This document shows positions 1 to 6,900 of a stretch of 17,903 bases of DNA, in pieces. Origin of the DNA: Amoeboradix gromovi X-113 (Eukaryota > Fungi > Sanchytriomycota); the NCBI GenBank assembly GCA_018985225.1, contig JADGIF010000139.1, positions 1 through 17,903 of the forward strand, written 5' to 3'. The notes under the pieces are model-generated. The model made no database searches, was not told the origin of the DNA, and saw only the letters and a program-made list of their open reading frames with translations. The position numbers and the translations under genes were made by a program. Every line of letters starts with the position of its first letter. Within the stretch, counting starts at the first letter, position 1.

Positions 1-185
1 GAACATATACATCAAGTATATGCATCCTTATTCAATCCCGCCTCAGGGTAGTGAAAGCGTGAGCAATCACTGTAACGGAGCATCTAGGACTGTTAGTTTC
101 TCTGTGGAAATTCTCGATTCTCTGGGAAATCAGGTCATTTTACGAGAAAGACTAGTTTGTGTTAGGTCATGGGAATCAGCAATTC
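1..185 (+). mobile_element. IS607/Fanzor-like element copy 1, 3' part only (cut by window edge): Fanzor C-terminal tail plus omega-RNA-like scaffold
   Basis: Positions 1-134 align ungapped with the reverse complement of 11355-11488 (16 mismatches in 134 by hand count). The frame from nt 2 reads NIYIKYMHPYSIPPQGSE, which in copy 3 directly follows DRDYMAAR (TnpB/Fanzor RuvC-III motif). Confidence 0.8.
37..134 (+). ncRNA. putative omega-RNA scaffold (copy 1)
   Basis: Stem GTAGTGA(48-54)/TCACTGT(67-73) encloses GC-GTGA-GC (GNRA-type loop). It is followed by hairpins GTTTC..GAAAT and GATT..AATC. The segment is conserved in four copies. Boundaries are approximate. Confidence 0.6.
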
Positions 186-450
186 AAAAGAAAAAAAAGA
201 CTCAAAAGAATTTGGTAACGATATGATAGTGGAGAACATGAAAAAGCATATCAGGGAAATGGAAAAAGAAAGGAAATATTTAATAGAGATACAAGATGTG
301 AAAATGAACGAAAAGCAAAAGATTATAGACATACAAGACAAAATGGAGGTGATGAAAAGAAAGCATTCCATGGAGAAGAAAAAGCTAGAGAAATACATAG
401 AAAAGAATTTGTTGATAATCGATCACCTGCAGCTATTGTTGGAAAAGTAA
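169..450 (+). CDS. hypothetical K/E-rich coiled-coil ORF (93 aa); may be a gene fragment
   Basis: Open purine-rich frame whose stop lies within AGTAAA, 11 nt from the convergent MSS1 stop, like other gene ends here. No recognisable family. Confidence 0.35.
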   Translation: MGISNSKEKKDSKEFGNDMIVENMKKHIREMEKERKYLIEIQDVKMNEKQKIIDIQDKMEVMKRKHSMEKKKLEKYIEKNLLIIDHLQLLLEK

Positions 451-461
451 ACAAATTTACT

Positions 462-1787
462 TTATTTTCCGATACAAAATTGAGAAAACAAAGAGTCTAA
501 TACGTGTTCTAGATCTACGGTACTACCTAGCAATTCAATTTGTTGAATAATGTTTCTCAATATTTCGGCCTTTAGAACTAGTTCGTTTTCATTAAACTTG
601 CTTATTAACTTTAGAATCTCATTTAATGGTGCGACAAACCTACTTTGGAATGTAAAAGAGCTAGGAATACTATATTCCCTGTTTAGCTGATTTATTAGTA
701 TATTGTAAAATGCAGTTAAACCAATCTTACCTCGGCAACTAATCAAGATTTGGTTTTTAATTTTTGGATAATCCTTCGAAATATCCATCTTATTTACTAA
801 AACATACATTTTAGACTTTGGCGATGCTATTTTAGCCATTAAATCAAGTTGAATCCTTCTATCCTGAGTCGGATCAAAAATAAAAAATAAAATATCAGAT
901 TTTTCAATTTCATTGTACGCTTTTTCAATCCCAATATTCTCCAATGTATCATTTGAAAGTCTTATTCCAGCTGTATCCGAAATAACTAGTGGATAACCAT
1001 TGAAATTAACATATCTTTGGATTACGTCTCTTGTTGTTCCAGATATATCAGAGACGATTGACACTTGATCTTTGCACAGTAGGTTTATAAAAGAGCTTTT
1101 GCCAGAATTCGGTATCCCGCAAATTGAAACTCTAATGCCTTGCCTCATTTTCGATATTATTTGGGCATCTTTTAAATATTTTGCAATTTCATCTGAAATA
1201 GACTGCAAATCATTCAAAGTGGTGTCTAGAATGTTAATATCAATGTTTTCATCTTCTCCAAAGTCTATTTGTGCTTCATAAGTAGCCAAAATTGTGACAA
1301 ACTTGTTTTTCCACCGATCAATAATGCTTGAATCATTTTCTTGTGGAAGCAGTGCCATTTTGCGTTGAAGTTCCGTTTCTGAATCTAACAATGAACTAAG
1401 AGATTCAATTTCCTTGACACTCATCTTATTGTTGAGATACGCGCGGTAAGTAAATTCGCCCTTTTCAGCTTTCCTGCAACCATTAAATTCTAAATGATCA
1501 CAGAGTTTGTTAATTACGCTAATGCTCCCATGAGTAGCAATCTCGAGAACATCTTCACCAGTATAGCTTCTAGGAGCTTTGAAATATGTCACAATAGCCG
1601 TATCAATTAATTGTCCATCATTGTCAACTAATTTTGAATATTTAGCATGTCGCGGTTTTGAAGCCGGAAACAGGCCAGTGCACAGGTTTCCGCTAATCCT
1701 GATAACCGCTATTGCAGATTTACCCGGTGGCGTGGAGAGTGCAAATATTGTTCCGCGCTGAGAAGTGAACAGGAGTCGTTTGAACAT
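462..1787 (-). CDS. MSS1: mitochondrial tRNA modification GTPase (MnmE/TrmE/GTPBP3 family)
   Basis: TIFALSTPPGKSAIAVIRISG, PRSYTGEDVLEI..HG, G1 GIPNSGKSS, G2 GTTRD, G3 DTAG, G4 NKMD and terminal FCIGK. The first ATG is at 1787 (the ORF track starts at TTG 1796); MFKRLLF resembles a short presequence. Confidence 0.95.
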   Translation of the reverse strand: MFKRLLFTSQRGTIFALSTPPGKSAIAVIRISGNLCTGLFPASKPRHAKYSKLVDNDGQLIDTAIVTYFKAPRSYTGEDVLEIATHGSISVINKLCDHLEFNGCRKAEKGEFTYRAYLNNKMSVKEIESLSSLLDSETELQRKMALLPQENDSSIIDRWKNKFVTILATYEAQIDFGEDENIDINILDTTLNDLQSISDEIAKYLKDAQIISKMRQGIRVSICGIPNSGKSSFINLLCKDQVSIVSDISGTTRDVIQRYVNFNGYPLVISDTAGIRLSNDTLENIGIEKAYNEIEKSDILFFIFDPTQDRRIQLDLMAKIASPKSKMYVLVNKMDISKDYPKIKNQILISCRGKIGLTAFYNILINQLNREYSIPSSFTFQSRFVAPLNEILKLISKFNENELVLKAEILRNIIQQIELLGSTVDLEHVLDSLFSQFCIGK

Positions 1788-1809
1788 ACAAATCAAAGAA
1801 AATTGTATT

Positions 1810-2523
1810 TTATTGCTGTAATTTCTTATTATTGGCCTTGAGAAGGACCAGTTTATTCTGGAATATGTAGTCAGCCATTATCAGCCATTTGTACATTGTT
1901 AAACCACTAAGTATATGCCAAAACGAGTGAAAATGCAGAAATTTAACCTCATCGCAATAAATTTGATCGAGATTCCATAGGAGAAGCGCAAGAGAAATGC
2001 TTGCTACAAACTCCAGCGTCCATCTTCTGCATTTCCTGTCCTGCCAGTAAGTCAATGGAAAAAAGAACACAGGCAACTGGTAAATTGTATGTAAAAGAAA
2101 AAACAAGACAGGAAATTCGGCATAGATATGAAGAAACGTGCCAAATAAACCCATTGCTATTGGCAGTAAGATACCAGCATTTTTGCCCCTAATCTTTGCT
2201 ACCTCATATACGTTCCAACTGGCAAACCAGAGCATTGGTAATTCATCTAAAAGCTGCATTTTATATTTTAATGTGGCGTGGAACAACATGCTTCCTATAC
2301 CAACAAATATCAATAGAGCACTTGAGATTTTAAACCTAGTATCTCTAAATGCCGCTGCACCAAAGTACATCAGTGCCAATGATGACAGAGCATTGAAAAA
2401 CTCTGCAACATAAAAAGAGTGCTGGTAGTTTAATTCGCAAAAGTCTATGGTACTATCCGGAACAAAATAACCATAGTTGCCTCTGTTATCGCTAAAGCTC
2501 AAAAAATTTGTTCGTTCTCTCAT
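1810..2523 (-). CDS. alkaline ceramidase (Ypc1/Ydc1/ACER3 family, CREST superfamily)
   Basis: STIDFCELNY, AEFFNALSS, GIGSMLFHATL..MQLLDELPM, WNLD..YC and HSFWH motifs; multiple TM segments. Confidence 0.93.
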   Translation of the reverse strand: MRERTNFLSFSDNRGNYGYFVPDSTIDFCELNYQHSFYVAEFFNALSSLALMYFGAAAFRDTRFKISSALLIFVGIGSMLFHATLKYKMQLLDELPMLWFASWNVYEVAKIRGKNAGILLPIAMGLFGTFLHIYAEFPVLFFLLHTIYQLPVFFFPLTYWQDRKCRRWTLEFVASISLALLLWNLDQIYCDEVKFLHFHSFWHILSGLTMYKWLIMADYIFQNKLVLLKANNKKLQQ

Positions 2524-2554
2524 TGAAGTGACACAGGGGAATTCGTAGTGACAT

Positions 2555-2830
2555 TTGGGATACGAACTATAAAAGTAGACTTAAGGGGAGTAGCAGAGAA
2601 CAGCAAAGAGAAAATGAGATATAGGCTGTCCAGATGCTTGTTGCAGAATTCAGAACATTCAATTAGTACTTCCGCTCTCATGAGAATGGTGGCGAGCATA
2701 AGGGCACACAGCGATCACATAGAGTTCGCAGTGGGATTTGGTCGTGTACGAGCATAAATGTGCTCTATAAATCCTTCAAGGCATGGAAAATGTTGGAGAT
2801 AAAGTATAGGACATCCGGTTAGCTCTACCG
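2555..2830 (+). pseudogene. degenerate Fanzor1-like fragment
   Basis: TGGGATACGAACTATAAAAGTAGAC (2556-2580) resembles the block downstream of the scaffold in copies 2 and 3. It then reads RYRLSRCL-(frameshift)-C, compare KYRLRKCTFC at 11107-11136, and later (R)DLV..-SINVLYKSF, resembling RD.nAs.NI. Confidence 0.4.
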
Positions 2831-2966
2831 ATTTGAGGATTAGTTTGAAATAGTTGTGTAGTATTGATGTGTCCCAATAGGCTTGATAACCACTTTGAAT
2901 TTTAAGATTAGAAAGACTTTAATTGTATAGAACTGATTTTCAATGTAATGGTTCTACATTTAAAAC

Positions 2967-3695
2967 ATGTTTCAATTGAACTCTTTTCGTTTATTCACTT
3001 TGATCCTTATAACGGTACTAAGCAATTACTATATACCTTCAGAATCTCGGGTCAAAAAGAGTCCTCCTGCATTTAAAGGATGCAAAGTAAATGCGGCTTC
3101 CTTAGTTTGGAAAGGAAGTCCTACACCTCAGACCAGTAATCTCAAAAGCTGGATTTATAACCAAAAAGTCAAGGGTACATTCTTTATAGACGTAGACAGA
3201 ATTACAAACACTATCTACGAAGACCAAGTTAAAAACTTGAATGATTTCAACCACACTGTAGGGTTATACATCAAGGATGATGCTCAGTTTTTGAATATTT
3301 TGAACCTTGTAGATCGCTTGTCTAATTTGGTTGGATACATTCCACAATATATTTATTTTGAAAGCGGTAGTGACAGTAATAAATTAACTGCTATCGACAT
3401 GGGATTTTTAATGATTGAAGCCGGTTTTGATGCTCAAAATACTCGCTCTTTTTCATCAATTAAGTCCGATTTAACAAATTTCTTTACCCTTGCCGGTAAC
3501 TCACACATTATATTATTCAGCGATAACGAATACAGCAAGATGAACGAAGCTGAGTATATCAACATGATTACTGACATCAGATCTCGCAATCTTGAGATTA
3601 TCTCTCTTCCTCTTTGCACCGATACCAGTGGTAAGTTGTCTCAGATCAACAAGTCCCATTTTAAACAGTCTAGTTCTGCTAGTTCCTTATTCTAA
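2967..3695 (+). CDS. secreted polysaccharide/chitin deacetylase-like (CE4, NodB-domain) protein, catalytic motifs degenerate
   Basis: Hydrophobic N-terminal signal. Fold landmarks: C..AASLVWKGSP (TFDDGP position), VKGTFFI (KATFF), HTVGLY (H.igsHT..H), SHIILFSD (HIvLmHD), and I.SRNLEIISLPLC. Confidence 0.7.
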   Translation: MFQLNSFRLFTLILITVLSNYYIPSESRVKKSPPAFKGCKVNAASLVWKGSPTPQTSNLKSWIYNQKVKGTFFIDVDRITNTIYEDQVKNLNDFNHTVGLYIKDDAQFLNILNLVDRLSNLVGYIPQYIYFESGSDSNKLTAIDMGFLMIEAGFDAQNTRSFSSIKSDLTNFFTLAGNSHIILFSDNEYSKMNEAEYINMITDIRSRNLEIISLPLCTDTSGKLSQINKSHFKQSSSASSLF

Positions 3696-3717
3696 TAAAT
3701 TATAATACTTTATTTAT

Positions 3718-3918
3718 TCATCGGTTTTGCATAGTAGCTGTGATATCATTATATTTCATTTGACATTCATTTTGTGCTATACCCATTCCAAATCCCGTGC
3801 CCCCTGCTATTGGTATCATTTTTCTTTTAAATAATATACTCGCTAGTATTCCAGCTGTCATTCCGACTCCTCCCTTTATCATAAAATTCGCTAAGCACTC
3901 ATCAAATGTCTGGTCCAT
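3718..3918 (-). CDS. MIC10: MICOS complex subunit Mic10
   Basis: FDECLA..K, a glycine-rich TM1, the FKRK loop, and TM2 GxGxGxG followed by A.NEC. Confidence 0.9.
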   Translation of the reverse strand: MDQTFDECLANFMIKGGVGMTAGILASILFKRKMIPIAGGTGFGMGIAQNECQMKYNDITATMQNR

Positions 3919-3937
3919 GTTTTAAAAATTATTCAGT

Positions 3938-6900
3938 TTATTTAAATAGTCGTCTTATTTGACTTGCAAGTATTGGCATCTTCATTATACCTGCTATATC
4001 CCTGATTATATCTTTTTTTATTCCCACAGTGCTTGCTCTTTTATAGTTTCCGGTACAGCTGCAGTCATCGTTAATGTATCCCATCATCACTGCTTGACAC
4101 ATGTTGCAGAACATATCTATTTCCATCTCTTTAACCACCTGTCTGTTTATCAATTCTATCATTTTGTCTTCTATTTCCATCATTTCAATCATATTATTGC
4201 AGTATACGCAGGTCATCATGTCCCCTATACTGTCTTTGTACTGATGCTGTATCAGTGTATCCATGTTTATGTTAACATTCTTACTGCATTTACTGCAATA
4301 CACATTTATGTCCATTTCAAATCCTATCTGTGTCAACTCGCTACTTCTTACATTGAACTCCATCGTCCACTCCATTAATACGTCTTCATTAACAATTCTA
4401 ATCATATTTTGTATAACTCTTAGCACATCTACTACGGTATACTCTGAATGCGTGCACAAGACAGATGAGCTCCTGTACCTGTGAACTTCGTTTATCATTC
4501 TCAATGCACGAGTTAATCCAGCAGTCGCACTGCTAGTATTGTTTTTCAATACGTTGTAAAAGTACTGCATCAATGCTGGCTCTAGCAGCGGGACTACCTC
4601 TTTGGGAAGGTAATACAAACTATTCATCGTGTATTCTAATTCACCGTTTACAATTCCCATTAATTCTAGTTCATTGCTGTACAACAGCACATCATATGTC
4701 TTCATCACATTAAATTCAATTAATTTGAATATCGGAATATCCCTCAAAGTAGTCAGTAGAAACTCATCTATAGCACACTCTAAAATCATGTAATCATTAC
4801 TCATGCTGATCACTCTGCAACCTATCTTACTAGCAGTGTTCACAATAAAATGCATGATTTTGATTTTATATTCTTCGATTATCTCAAGCACCATCTTGTT
4901 AACAAATATTGTAGAATGTGCCCATCTATCGATGTGCTGTATGATGTAATCCCTGGTATTCTTGTTCAAGTAGTACTTAATGAATCCCTTGAACTCGTCC
5001 ACGCCACCGTCACCACTGTTGTTATAGTTCCAAGCAGCATTTATAAATGTGTTCTTAATGGATATTACGACGCTACTTTTAGGATACAAACCGGGATTTG
5101 ATATGCGAAAGTTCCCAGCAACACTGGCACAGTTAGAATGCAAACTAGTGGAATCTCTTGCATGCGAGCAAGTCAATTGATTCGTAGCTACAAGATATCT
5201 GTAGTAGAGTATATCAAGTGGATCACCAACGCTATTAAATGGTACATTTAATTTAATCCTTGTAGAAATTATATCTGCCAGAGTGTCGGGTAGAGACCCC
5301 ACCAAGGAGTTTAGATCATCCGTAAACTCATTGAACCAGTTAAATGACGCAAAAGACCATGATCTGCTTGCACAAGGAATTAAAACGTTTGAAATACTAT
5401 TTAATAAAAGCTGAGAACAATTGCGAGTATAGCAGCATATTCGTGCTGGTTTTAACATAGACTTGAGAGTAGCTAATAGCTGATCATATGACTTAAAGCG
5501 CAAGACGTTTGGATACGCATTGTTATTTGAATCCAACAACAGGGTAGAAAGTATGTTATTAACGTAAACCCCTACAACAAGAATTGTGGCGTTCATCTCA
5601 CAGTGTATAAATGCCGTGCTTAATGATAAAACATCATTTATGTTGGCGTTATTATCGTGGTTTAATATATCATCACAGCCAATAGTAGTAGCTTTGGAAT
5701 TCACAGTAATTGATGTACCAACCAGCTCACTTATCTGAACTAAAAGGGGAATTTGAGCATGGTATAGGAATTCTTTAACATTCATGTTGATATACTCTGA
5801 TTCATTGCATTTAATCATAAATACAGTCTGTTTAACATTTCCAATTGATTTGGTGACCGGTTTTATTGTCAGTAAATCAGATTGTATAGTACTAATTGGA
5901 TCAAGAGAGTAAACTGTCCTATTGAAAACCATGCGAACGGTGGAGTCCACAAGTATAATGTCGTAAACACCAGGTTGGATAGTGTTTACACCCAATACTG
6001 TGTGAGTGATTGTAGCGCTGGATCTACTCTTGGGTGCAGAGTCGGATCTAGTGTACTTGCAAAGCCATGTATTACTCATGTTTTTAATGTATTTCAAATA
6101 ATCAGATCTTATTTTAGGTAATTCACTTTTACGAGGGACATCGGGAGTGGATGAACTATTCGCTACATCAGCGGCTTTTCTTTTTGATGACACTTCCATC
6201 CATTTACTCATGTCCATGTAGCTTTTAGTGTCAGATTGGGTGACCCACTTTGGCAAAGGAACATCTACGAGCGGGTTTTTCATCTTTTGTAACAAACATG
6301 GCAAAATTATCAACTTCAGCAAAACACTGTTAAAGCGATCCAAATAGTAATCCCAATCGAGCATTTGGTTTAGTTTTAAACATTTACCGCACCATTTAAC
6401 GAGGAATTGGGATTGAATAAGGGCGGAACACTGGAATAAACACGTAGGAATTGCACGATTAGCTACTGGAGTATCCAGAGGATATTTAGATATAATGAAC
6501 TGACAAGCTAATGAACCGGAATTAGCCTGAATACCTAAAAGTTCAACTAGACGGTGTGCAGTGGTGATTGTTGTAGATTTTTGATTGTTATACTCTTTTA
6601 GAGGCTTGCTCAAAGATTTGAACTCGCTTAATAAGTCCAGTATTTGATCATCACTTATAAAAGCGCCTTGGGTAGTCAATATATCCAAAAATGGCCTACT
6701 AGTAGCACCAATGTGATCATAACATTCTTGCAAAGTACTGCCTTTTAAGTACTCTGCAAATATGATAGATTGATACTCTTTAATCAGCTTCAGCTCACCC
6801 CTTCTTTTGATTTCAAAGCCCTTTAGCTCTGTTATTTCATTCTTGTTGTTAAACACCACATACCTCTTCTTCAATAATCTATCCTTGTCTGTACTTGCTG

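Noticed and set aside
3631-3682. GTAAGT donor-like site in the CE4-like gene that might add a GPI tail
   Set aside because: No tested acceptor gives a convincing extension, and the existing stop sits in AATAAA like other genes.
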